This document shows, piece after piece, positions 28,103 through 36,111 of a stretch of DNA of 62,808 bases. Below the pieces are notes generated by a model. That model had not been told where the DNA came from and made no database searches. It saw nothing but the letters and a program-made list of their open reading frames with translations. The position numbers were made by a program, and so were the translations under genes. Within the stretch, counting starts at the first letter, position 1. Each line of letters opens with the position of its first letter. Source of the stretch: an uncultured Candidatus Saccharibacteria bacterium (lineage in GTDB: Bacteria; Patescibacteriota; Minisyncoccia; Phycocordibacterales; Phycocordibacteraceae); the NCBI GenBank assembly GCA_964360855.1, contig CAYHXV010000003.1, positions 1 to 62,808 on the forward strand, written 5' to 3'.

Positions 28103-29146
28103 ATGAAGTACCATCGCCAGATGAAAGGGCTAGGAAATACAACGATATTGGTATGTGGCGGAGCCGGATTTATCGGGTCTAATTTCATACGCCTGGTGCT
28201 TAGTTCGTCTAAAGTCACCAGGGTGGTGTGTCTTGATGCGCTCACGTATGCAGGGAACAAGGAGAACCTTAAGGGGTTGCCGAAGGACAGATTTACCTTT
28301 GTTCAGGGTGACATTACTGACAGAAAGATGGTTGAGAAGATACTAAAGAAACACCAACCCTCACACGTCATAAATTTTGCTGCAGAGTCTCACGTCGACC
28401 GCAGTATCCATAATGGTGCAGAGCCATTTATTCACACAAACGTGCACGGAACGGTGGTACTCCTTGAGGCACTACGCGCGCAGACAAAAAATCTGAAGAA
28501 GTTTGTGCACGTAAGCACCGACGAGGTGTACGGAAGCCTCCCGCTGAACGCCAGAAAAAAATTCACTGAGTCGTCACACCTGGCACCAAATTCCCCGTAT
28601 GCTTCATCAAAAGCCGCATCTGATTTGGTGGTGAAGTCTTTTTTTGCGACCTACGATATGCCACTGGTCACCACGCGGTGTTCAAATAACTATGGGCCAT
28701 TTCAGCATCCGGAGAAGCTTATCCCGTATTCCATACTGCGCCTTGGGGAAGGAAAGCCAATAGCGCTATACGGAGACGGCAAATATGTACGTGACTGGAT
28801 ACATGTTGAGGATCACTGCTCGGCACTTCTATTGGTAATGAAGGACGGTACACCAGGGGAGGTATATAACATTGGCGCAAATGACGAAACAGACAACCTT
28901 TCACTCGCTACGTGGCTCGTGAAGATCTTTGAGAAGAATGCCAAGGACGCCATTAGCTTTGTAAAGGATCGCCCAGGCCACGATCGTCGGTATGCTATCG
29001 ATGCATCTAAGATAAGGAAGGAATTGGGCTGGGAACCGAAACACTCATTTGCTACGTCATTTGCGAGCACCGTCGAGTGGTACCGAGAAAACACGGCGTG
29101 GGTAGCGCGAGCACTCGCTCGTGGCGCTAACAATACACACATATGA
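28103..29146 (+). CDS. rmlB: dTDP-glucose 4,6-dehydratase
   Basis: GGAGFIGSNF; DALTYAG; NFAAESHVDRSI; VSTDEVYG; PNSPYASSKA; RCSNNYGP; DRPGHDRRYA. Confidence 0.95.
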   Translation: MKYHRQMKGLGNTTILVCGGAGFIGSNFIRLVLSSSKVTRVVCLDALTYAGNKENLKGLPKDRFTFVQGDITDRKMVEKILKKHQPSHVINFAAESHVDRSIHNGAEPFIHTNVHGTVVLLEALRAQTKNLKKFVHVSTDEVYGSLPLNARKKFTESSHLAPNSPYASSKAASDLVVKSFFATYDMPLVTTRCSNNYGPFQHPEKLIPYSILRLGEGKPIALYGDGKYVRDWIHVEDHCSALLLVMKDGTPGEVYNIGANDETDNLSLATWLVKIFEKNAKDAISFVKDRPGHDRRYAIDASKIRKELGWEPKHSFATSFASTVEWYRENTAWVARALARGANNTHI

Positions 29147-29868
29147 AAGGCGTAATACTTGCAGGAGGACTTGGCACGCGACTTTCTCCACTCACCAAAA
29201 TAACCAACAAGCACTTGTTGCCGGTGTATGACAAGCCAATGATTATGTATCCGCTCGAGACGCTGAAACGTTCCGGTATTAAAGAGATTATGATTGTGTG
29301 TGGGCGCGAACACGCCGGTCACTTTATGCAATTCCTGGGTTCGGGAAAGGAGCACGGACTGAATTTGTCGTATGCGCTCCAGGACACAAACAATGGTGGT
29401 ATTGCAGATGCACTTTCGTATGCGGAGAAGTTTTCTGAAGATGAGCCGGTGGCAATTATTCTCGGGGATAATCTTTTTGAAAAAGATTTCAAGAAGGAGG
29501 TTGCGGCCTTCAAACGCGGCACCTCAGTTTTCTTTAAGAAAGTGTCGGATCCGAAGCGCTTTGGCGTCCCAGTTTTTTCTAAGGACGGAAAGAAGGTGCT
29601 TAGGGTGGAGGAAAAACCCAAGATACCAAAATCAACATACGCCCAAGTTGGCTTCTATATCTGCGACGCGACCGCCTTTGCGCGTATTAAGAAATTGGTC
29701 CCGTCAGGCCGTGGCGAGCTCGAGATGACTGATCTCATAAACAGCTATCTCGTGGACAGCGTGCTATCGCACTCCTTTGTGAAGGGAAAATGGCTTGATG
29801 CAGGTACCTTTGATTCCTTGCTCGAGGCTGCTGATTTTTATAGAGCGAAAGAGAAAAAGAAGCTATGA
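29143..29868 (+). CDS. rmlA: Glucose-1-phosphate thymidylyltransferase (short form)
   Basis: GVILAGGLGTRLSPLT; NKHLLPVYDKPMI; LGDN; SGRGELEMTD; WLDAGT. Confidence 0.9.
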   Translation: MKGVILAGGLGTRLSPLTKITNKHLLPVYDKPMIMYPLETLKRSGIKEIMIVCGREHAGHFMQFLGSGKEHGLNLSYALQDTNNGGIADALSYAEKFSEDEPVAIILGDNLFEKDFKKEVAAFKRGTSVFFKKVSDPKRFGVPVFSKDGKKVLRVEEKPKIPKSTYAQVGFYICDATAFARIKKLVPSGRGELEMTDLINSYLVDSVLSHSFVKGKWLDAGTFDSLLEAADFYRAKEKKKL

Positions 29869-30410
29869 CAGAACAGCTTTTTCAGGTACAAGACTTAGCG
29901 CTCACTGGTGTCAAACTACTGGTACCAAATATACGAGCAGATGAGCGCGGCTTTTCCGCAAACGTGTATAATGCAGAACTCTTTGCAGAACTCGGGGTGC
30001 CTAGTGTTTTTAAGGAGGACTTCATATCATATTCAAAAGAGAACGTTTTGCGCGGCTTTCATTTTCAGCGGGCTCCTCATATGCAGGACAAGCTGGTGCG
30101 TTGCTCTCGGGGGAGCGTGCTCGACGTAGCTGCTGACTACAATCCCACGTCTCCCACATACGGACAATCAGTCTCAGTTGAACTTTCGGGAGACTCGCAA
30201 GCGTTCCTGTTTATTCCCGGTAAGTACGCCCACGCATTTTATGTGACAAGTGAAGAGGCAATGATGGAGTATAAACTCAGTGACACGTACTACCCTGAAT
30301 TGGTTGGGGGGGTGTGTTTCGATGATCCGGTACTTTCAATAGAGTGGCCAACCAATTCCCCCATAACATCTGTGCAGGATAGTTCATGGGCGCCCCTTCC
30401 CCCAGTATGA
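29865..30410 (+). CDS. rmlC: dTDP-4-dehydrorhamnose 3,5-epimerase
   Basis: DERGF; SKENVLRGFHFQ; QDKLVRC; IPGKYAHAF. Confidence 0.92.
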   Translation: MTEQLFQVQDLALTGVKLLVPNIRADERGFSANVYNAELFAELGVPSVFKEDFISYSKENVLRGFHFQRAPHMQDKLVRCSRGSVLDVAADYNPTSPTYGQSVSVELSGDSQAFLFIPGKYAHAFYVTSEEAMMEYKLSDTYYPELVGGVCFDDPVLSIEWPTNSPITSVQDSSWAPLPPV

Positions 30411-31228
30411 ATCAGATATTAATTACAGGAGGGGAAGGGGTTCTGGGGTCTTATTTTGACTTCGGAATTCGTATGGGCCAGAAAGAGCTTGACATTACAG
30501 ATCTGAACACTGTCTTGAAAGTTTGTGAGAACATACAGCCAAAGATCGTCATCCATACTGCGGCACTAACCGACCTGTCCGTATGCGAGACGAATCCTGA
30601 GAAGGCGTATTTTGTAAATGCAGTAGGAACATACAATATTGCCCTGGGCGCTCGTGCAGTTGGTGCAAAAGTAGTTTACGTATCAACCTCTGATGTCTTT
30701 GACGGCACCGGAAGCGAACCGTATGCCGAGAGCGACATCCCAAATCCTGTCAGCGTCTACGGGCACTCAAAATATCTTGGCGAGCTTGCTCTTAGAAGTT
30801 TACTCAAAGAGTACCTGATCGTCCGTGTATCGTGGATGTTTGGCGGAGGCCCCACGAAGGACTCTAAATTTGTTGGAAAAATCCTCAAGCAACAAAACAC
30901 ACCTGAAATACGAGCGGTGAATGACAAGCGAGGCTCGCCCTCGTGGGGAAAAGATGTTGCCAAAAGTATACAAACGCTCATAGAGCAAAACCAATCTGGC
31001 ATACACCACCTTGGGGGCGGGGTAGCAACCAGGTACGAGATGGCGCAAGCGATAGTATCGGCTGTTGGCTGGAACACGAAAGTCGTGCCCGTAGATTCGT
31101 CAGAGTTTTTTTCTGCGTATCCAATTAGCACAAACACCAGCATGTCTTCTTCCGTACCACAGCGTCCCTGGAAAGAGGCACTTGCACAGTACCTTGAAAC
31201 AGAATGGAAAGATGCACCCACGCTATGA
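30407..31228 (+). CDS. rmlD: dTDP-4-dehydrorhamnose reductase
   Basis: ILITGGEGVLG; IHTAA; STSDVFDG; YGHSK; directly after rmlBAC. Confidence 0.88.
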   Translation: MNQILITGGEGVLGSYFDFGIRMGQKELDITDLNTVLKVCENIQPKIVIHTAALTDLSVCETNPEKAYFVNAVGTYNIALGARAVGAKVVYVSTSDVFDGTGSEPYAESDIPNPVSVYGHSKYLGELALRSLLKEYLIVRVSWMFGGGPTKDSKFVGKILKQQNTPEIRAVNDKRGSPSWGKDVAKSIQTLIEQNQSGIHHLGGGVATRYEMAQAIVSAVGWNTKVVPVDSSEFFSAYPISTNTSMSSSVPQRPWKEALAQYLETEWKDAPTL

Positions 31229-32109
31229 AAGAACCACTAGATGTATCCATTGTTGTCCTTAACTGGAACACCTCAGAGCTACTTGAGGGTGCTCTAGAGT
31301 CGATTGTTTCGACCGTGGGGGAACTGCGCGTGGAAGTGGTCGTTATTGATAATGCATCTACTGACGGTGGTTTTGAAAAGGTCCCGCTGAAATTCAAGAA
31401 CGACTTACGATTTGATTTTATACAGCGCGAGACGAATATTGGCTGGGCAGCCATTAATATAATGCTTGAGCGAGCGCGCGGGAAGTACATCGTCACGGTT
31501 GACCCTGATGCGATAGTTCATGCGGGAGCGCTGCAAGCACTCTATGAATTTATGGAGGAAACTCCGAATGCGGGCGCTGCTACTGCTGCGCTTCTTAACT
31601 CTGATGGAACACCACAAATCTATTTTAGGAGATTAATGACACCGCGTAGTTGCTTTTATACCACCGTGCTTGGGCGTGTGGTAGATAAATTCTTCTTTAA
31701 CTTGAAGTACTTTAAGGATAATCGGTATGCTGATCTGGATGAAACGAAGGTGTCCGAGGTTGAGCAGCCATCTTGGCCCTGTCTTATCTGGAGACCGGTA
31801 GCACTTGGCGCATATATTGTTAACAAAGACATACCGTTCTATTTTGTGGACGTTGATATGAGTCAACGTGTGTATAAGAATGGATACAAAATCTTTATTG
31901 TCCCGAAAGCGGTTGCGACACATCTGAAATCAACATCATTTAGTCGAGCCAATAACAGATGGAGAACAGCCGAGTACAACCGGAGCCTTTTGGTGTATCT
32001 GCGCACGCATTATCCACTTCACCTTCTATGGCTTGCCCCACTCCTCCTTATCGACCGGGGGATTCGGTATGTTGTACTAAAGTTAACCGGAAGGGAATTA
32101 GTACGCTAA
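31225..32109 (+). CDS. Glycosyltransferase family 2 (rhamnosyltransferase-like)
   Basis: SIVVLNWN; IDNASTDG; VDPD; FVDVD..RV..GY; H.KS.S. Confidence 0.85.
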   Translation: MKEPLDVSIVVLNWNTSELLEGALESIVSTVGELRVEVVVIDNASTDGGFEKVPLKFKNDLRFDFIQRETNIGWAAINIMLERARGKYIVTVDPDAIVHAGALQALYEFMEETPNAGAATAALLNSDGTPQIYFRRLMTPRSCFYTTVLGRVVDKFFFNLKYFKDNRYADLDETKVSEVEQPSWPCLIWRPVALGAYIVNKDIPFYFVDVDMSQRVYKNGYKIFIVPKAVATHLKSTSFSRANNRWRTAEYNRSLLVYLRTHYPLHLLWLAPLLLIDRGIRYVVLKLTGRELVR

Positions 32110-32126
32110 TCCTGTAAGATACTGAT

Positions 32127-33356
32127 ATGAGTGACTACGTAAACAACAACGCCTGCAGAATATGTCTCGGTACTGATCTGGTGCAGATACTTGACCTTGG
32201 TTCGACGCCGCCAGCCAATGCCTACCTCTCTAAAGCACAGCTGGCGCTTCCTGAGAAATCGTTTCCTTTGGCCCTCTACTTTTGTCGTACCTGTTCACTC
32301 GCTCAACTTCTTGACGTGGTGAATCCAGAAATTCTGTTCAAGGACTATCACTTCCTTACTGGCGCAAGCGCTCCTTCAGTGGAACATTTTAAAGAGTACG
32401 CGAACGACGTACTACGACCTCTGGTTCAATCCCCAGAAGATCTCGTCATAGATATTGGGGGGAATGACGGAGTCCTGCTGAGTTTCATTAAGGACGAAGC
32501 TCGCGTGCTTAATGTTGATCCCGCAGATAATCTAGCCCCAATTTCAGAAGAACGAGGAGTTCCATTTTATCCGGCGTTTTTCACCTCAGCGACCGCAGAC
32601 GATATTCTGGCTAAGTACGGAAATGCTGCAGTCGTTGTTGCTAACAATGTATTTGCACATACTGACCCTATTCGAGACGTGTTTGAGGGAGTTGCGAAGC
32701 TAATTGGGGAAGAAGGAACGTTTGTATTTGAAGTACATTGGGCCAAACACTTGGTAGAGGAGGGCTGCTTTGATCAGATATATCATGAGCACTTGTGTTT
32801 CTACTCGCTTCACGCTGCTAAGCATCTTGTCGAGGCGACAGGAATGAAAATTTTCAGAGTAGAGATTGTGCCCACACAAGGACAGTCGTTGCGCGTATAC
32901 GTTGCAAAAAATCGTGAACAGGAGACGTCTGTTGACGAGATTCTTGCACAAGAAGTTGCTGCTGGTCTTACAGGCGAGGAAGCGTACGTTGCCTTTGCCA
33001 CTCACGTACAAGAGAACAAGGAGAAAGTACTTGCCATCCTTCGAGATCTTACGCGCGAAGGGAAGAAGATTGTGGGGTACGGAGCTCCCGCAAAAGGAAA
33101 CACACTCCTAAATTATTACGGCATAGGCACAGAAACGCTTGAGTATCTTACGGACACGACTTCACTCAAGCAGGGGCTTTATAGTCCAGGGATGCACGTG
33201 CCCATTGTGTCTCCGGACAGACTCAAAACTGATACCCCTGAGTATCTCTTTCTTTTCGCCTGGAACTTTAAAGATGCAATTCTCGAGAAAGAGAAAGAAC
33301 TGCGTGAGAAGGGAGTGAAATTCATTGTGACCGTGCCGGAAGTAGAAATTATTTAA
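32127..33356 (+). CDS. NDP-hexose C-methyltransferase (3-C-methyltransferase family)
   Basis: CRIC...CRTC zinc motif; DLGSTPPANAY; IDIGGNDG; YHEHLCFYS; GYGAPAKGNTLL. Confidence 0.88.
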   Translation: MSDYVNNNACRICLGTDLVQILDLGSTPPANAYLSKAQLALPEKSFPLALYFCRTCSLAQLLDVVNPEILFKDYHFLTGASAPSVEHFKEYANDVLRPLVQSPEDLVIDIGGNDGVLLSFIKDEARVLNVDPADNLAPISEERGVPFYPAFFTSATADDILAKYGNAAVVVANNVFAHTDPIRDVFEGVAKLIGEEGTFVFEVHWAKHLVEEGCFDQIYHEHLCFYSLHAAKHLVEATGMKIFRVEIVPTQGQSLRVYVAKNREQETSVDEILAQEVAAGLTGEEAYVAFATHVQENKEKVLAILRDLTREGKKIVGYGAPAKGNTLLNYYGIGTETLEYLTDTTSLKQGLYSPGMHVPIVSPDRLKTDTPEYLFLFAWNFKDAILEKEKELREKGVKFIVTVPEVEII

Positions 33357-33359
33357 GCA

Positions 33360-35267
33360 ATGGAAAGCCAAAACATAAAAAGAGATATTGTGCTCTTAAC
33401 TGAAGTCAGCCACATTGATGTGCTTGAGAGCTTTCTTCAGCAGCACCCAGAAATAGACCAACAGACGATTTGCCGCGTCGCTCTTGATAGGGAGGTCGAG
33501 TTAGTGCTCGAGGATAGACACACACCCTTTGTGTCGGGGAGAGGTCTTCGATTACCCAACACAGATACGGTCGTTTTTGGTGAGCAGTGGACTGCGAGAA
33601 TACTTGAAAGTGCCCGCTTGTCCTTTTTTTCATACCGTGGCGTCACTATCTCACAGGTATATTTCCTATCTTTTCAAAGCTGGCTTACCCGACTGCTGTA
33701 CTACGTCGATATGGTCGTGTCGGCTGTCGACCAGCACCCTGATGTTCGACGAATCATTGCATTTGCCCCCACTGCAGGCGGACCCTCACTCGGAAGTATA
33801 CTTGCCACCCATAAGGTAGAGGCTTATGTGGACGCAGTACAGATAGTCGCGAAGAAGTACAGCATACCAGTGCTCTTGGTACCGGCTCCAGCACGCGAGC
33901 CTATTAAGAACAGCCCGCAACTCTTTTACATAAAACGGGCTCTATTTAGTATCGTGCTTAGTGTTCTGAATTGCGGTGTCCGGATTACGCAGCGACCTAG
34001 AAAGATCAGAATACTTGCCAGTGACTATTGGAAAAACCTTGCACCGTACGTTCAAGCAATTCCTTCCGCAGAGATAGTTCTCGTTGATCGGGTAGAGGCA
34101 TTCAGGGCGGGACCCAAAAACATATGGAACTACCGAATGCAGTTCCTCCACACGACTGCTTCCGCTGAAGATCCTACACGTGCGCAGACGGCAGAGCGCT
34201 TTTTGCGCGAATGGAAAGCCGTTAAGGCTTCGCACGAGCTCGATGTGTTTGTGTTCCGAGGAATCTCGCTCGCCCCACTGCTTGAAGCTGCACTTGATAG
34301 CCTAGTCCCCGAGGTGGGTACAAACCTTCTTCGAGATATTGATGACACGCACTCGTTTCTTTCTCGCGTAAAGCCAGACATTGTCATACTTCGTTCAACC
34401 GTGAGTACCCAGACTCACTTTGTTGTACTCGCACACGTTGCTCGCGCACAAGGGATTCCGTCGATTGAGATGCAACACGGACTTGAGTACTACGGACCCG
34501 GCTCAGTTAGCTTGCGGCACCGAGCAGAGTTCACCGGCGTGTACGGGAAACTAACGGTAGAACAAATGAAAGCGGTGAAAGACACCGCAACCACCGCGGT
34601 GATTGTGGGATCGCCACGATTTGACGTGTACGCTGCTTCCGCAACAAAAGAGAACTTCGCACAGGTGCCAGGTGCGTTCAACATACTGTGCGTTGCTCCC
34701 GCAGTTGATCCTGGAGGCGATTCTCCTGATACGTATGATACGGAGGAATACTACGCGGCGGTTGCTTCAGCTGCTCGTTCCATACCGAACGTGACTGTTA
34801 CCGTTAAGTTTCGCCCAGGTCCTAACCGAGACTCGTTTGTGGAACGAACACTCGAAACGGTGTTTACAGGCATTCCGTATACCATTGCCCAGTTCGAATC
34901 ATTTGCGGAGTTGTACCCAAAAGCAGATATCGTTATCTCGTGCTATTCGACCGCCCTCATTGAAGGACTTCAGTGTGGCAAACCACTGGTATATCTTGGC
35001 CTCTCTCCCGCCCAAAGTATGATGGGACGCCACCATTTCACCCTGTACGAGGCCGCTGGCGCACTGCGAGTCGCAACGTCCTCAAAAGAGCTCGATGAAT
35101 GTATGGCAGAGCTCGGAAGAGACCCGGGAGCCCGGGAGCGACTGTCGGCAGGCGCAACTTCATTCCTGGGCCAGGAGTACTCTTTTGATGGACATTCAAG
35201 CGAGCGAGCAGCCAGCTTGGTGGCAGAATTGGTCGAAAGGCGTCGGGCGAGGCGCGGGGTAAAGTAG
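33360..35267 (+). CDS. Surface-carbohydrate biosynthesis protein, probable GT-B fold
   Basis: SIEMQHG; GSPRFD; VKFRP; SCYSTALIEG; located just before the NeuB module. Confidence 0.6.
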   Translation: MESQNIKRDIVLLTEVSHIDVLESFLQQHPEIDQQTICRVALDREVELVLEDRHTPFVSGRGLRLPNTDTVVFGEQWTARILESARLSFFSYRGVTISQVYFLSFQSWLTRLLYYVDMVVSAVDQHPDVRRIIAFAPTAGGPSLGSILATHKVEAYVDAVQIVAKKYSIPVLLVPAPAREPIKNSPQLFYIKRALFSIVLSVLNCGVRITQRPRKIRILASDYWKNLAPYVQAIPSAEIVLVDRVEAFRAGPKNIWNYRMQFLHTTASAEDPTRAQTAERFLREWKAVKASHELDVFVFRGISLAPLLEAALDSLVPEVGTNLLRDIDDTHSFLSRVKPDIVILRSTVSTQTHFVVLAHVARAQGIPSIEMQHGLEYYGPGSVSLRHRAEFTGVYGKLTVEQMKAVKDTATTAVIVGSPRFDVYAASATKENFAQVPGAFNILCVAPAVDPGGDSPDTYDTEEYYAAVASAARSIPNVTVTVKFRPGPNRDSFVERTLETVFTGIPYTIAQFESFAELYPKADIVISCYSTALIEGLQCGKPLVYLGLSPAQSMMGRHHFTLYEAAGALRVATSSKELDECMAELGRDPGARERLSAGATSFLGQEYSFDGHSSERAASLVAELVERRRARRGVK

Positions 35268-35346
35268 CTACCTCATAGCCAAGAGAAGGGTTATAGTGAG
35301 TATATTCCGCTTGTGGCAGAGATTTTTCTATAGGACTTCATTACAT

Positions 35347-36111
35347 ATGGCAAATAAATACGACCTTCTTAATAAAAACGTACTCATTACTGGCGCAGCT
35401 GGGCAAATAGGTAGGGAGCTTGTGCGTGCATTCATTGAAAGTGGCTCACACGTCTATGCCGCCGACTTGGCTGCCACGCCGGATTCTGGACTCACAGACG
35501 CAGTGGGAAAACACACGGACCTCTTCACCTATGTCAGTGGGTCTGTCACAACGGAGACTTCAGTTACAGAAATCTTTGCGGAGATTAAAAAACCAATAGA
35601 CGTGTTGGTTAATTGCGCTGGTATAGGAGTATATACAGCGTTCGAAAAAAGAACAGAGGAAGAACTCGATAGTGTATTCGATACAAATCTGAAGGGCACC
35701 ATTCTAATGTCCAAGCACGCCGCTGAAGGAATGAAAGAACAGAAGCAAGGAACTATCATAAATGTTGCCTCTATATATGGCGTGACAACACCCGACTTTC
35801 GTATATATGGCGATTCAGGCAGAAACAGCTCAGAAATTTACGGAGCAACCAAGGCCGGCATTATTCACTTCACCAAGTACATTTCTGCCTATTTAGCCCC
35901 ATATGGTATTACGGCTAACAGCATTTCTCCTGGTGGCGTCTTCAGAAAGCAGGACCCAGCCTTTGTGGCGAATTACGAGAAAAAGACACCGCTTGGAAGA
36001 ATGGCCACTCCGGAGGATTTGGTAGGAACAGTCCTATTTCTTGCGTCATCAGACGCACGATACATAACCGGTCAAAACATCTCTGTGGATGGAGGATTTA
36101 CTGTATGGTAA
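35347..36111 (+). CDS. Short-chain dehydrogenase/reductase (SDR), PtmA-like context
   Basis: TGAAGQIG; VNCAG; YGATK; SPGGV; TPLGRMA; SVDGG; ATG 35347 preferred. Confidence 0.88.
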   Translation: MANKYDLLNKNVLITGAAGQIGRELVRAFIESGSHVYAADLAATPDSGLTDAVGKHTDLFTYVSGSVTTETSVTEIFAEIKKPIDVLVNCAGIGVYTAFEKRTEEELDSVFDTNLKGTILMSKHAAEGMKEQKQGTIINVASIYGVTTPDFRIYGDSGRNSSEIYGATKAGIIHFTKYISAYLAPYGITANSISPGGVFRKQDPAFVANYEKKTPLGRMATPEDLVGTVLFLASSDARYITGQNISVDGGFTVW

